NCBI GenBank assembly: GCA_044223735.1
Contig: JBGALR010000003.1
Location: forward strand, 183,038-247,037
DNA from: Limisphaerales bacterium
GTDB lineage: Bacteria; Verrucomicrobiota; Verrucomicrobiia; Limisphaerales; UBA8199
Direction: 5' to 3'
Length of the DNA stretch: 64,000 nt
The translations under genes and the position numbers were made by a program. The stretch's first letter is position 1; every line of letters starts with the position of its first letter. The notes below the pieces were generated by a model, which was given only the letters and a program-made list of their open reading frames with translations, had not been told where the DNA came from and made no database searches. This document shows positions 63,838 to 64,000 of the stretch, piece after piece.

Positions 63838-64000
63838 ATGAATTTTACGGTCAAATTGCGGCTCGCCGCGCTGAGCCTTGGACTCGCGCTGATGGGTGCA
63901 TTGATCGTGGCGGTTACGCTGAGTTCACAACAAAAGGCGGAGGAAACGCGCAACCACCTCGGTCAAGTTGACATGGAGAGCATGCGAATTTCCGACCGTT
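63838..64000 (+). CDS. 5' end of a membrane-anchored protein (possibly a sensor kinase), truncated by the window
   Basis: 'MNFTVKLRLAALSLGLALMGALIVAVTLSSQQKAEETRNHL...' remains open to the window end. It sits divergent from a response regulator. Confidence 0.4.
   Translation, partial: MNFTVKLRLAALSLGLALMGALIVAVTLSSQQKAEETRNHLGQVDMESMRISDR

Overview
This is a 64-kb chromosomal window that looks GC-rich by eye and is gene-dense on both strands. It comes from a diderm bacterium, since KdsB, a LolA-like carrier and ExbB/ExbD/TonB-like proteins are present. The repeats and gene content remind me of PVC/Verrucomicrobiota, but the window cannot prove lineage. Layout: (i) 1-6.4 kb is a co-oriented block of phage/plasmid-like genes ending at the 3' end of tRNA-Ala(GGC). 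It holds a RepA-like ATPase fragment, an iteron array, an HTH protein, a ClpP-fold protease, three small paralogues, a coiled-coil membrane protein and a tandem-RHH regulator. (ii) The hom-lysC operon and a CBS-domain ClC channel. (iii) 11.3-21.0 kb is a surface-glycan cluster with 2 methyltransferases, a Wzx-like flippase, 2 GT4, 2 GT2 and a long eukaryote-type UDP-galactopyranose mutase. (iv) An orphan secreted protein, tRNA-Val(TAC), and moaE separated from moaD by 1.5 kb of ORF-free, hairpin-rich repeats. (v) hpt, a dimeric-dUTPase-like gene, exbB-exbD-tonB-like, guaB, a BNR sialidase-like gene, a TPR/transglutaminase-core protein, a class-III aminotransferase and an LMW phosphatase. (vi) 37.9-52.6 kb is the most interesting region. 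It is an aryl-polyene-like set: type II KS/CLF-KR-DH-ACP, an adenylating enzyme, and LolA-like/MMPL/acyltransferase/lipoprotein export genes. Here that set is combined with a flavin-dependent halogenase, a HydE/PylB-like radical SAM enzyme, an orphan Cys-His-Asp protein, an MMPL-acyltransferase fusion and a PhyH dioxygenase. (vii) LysR, pyrG-kdsB, a B12-binding radical SAM enzyme, pcm, and a small signalling neighbourhood. I recognised no rRNA, CRISPR array, transposase or integrase. All functional calls come from reading motifs in the supplied translations and the raw DNA; no database search or computation was possible.
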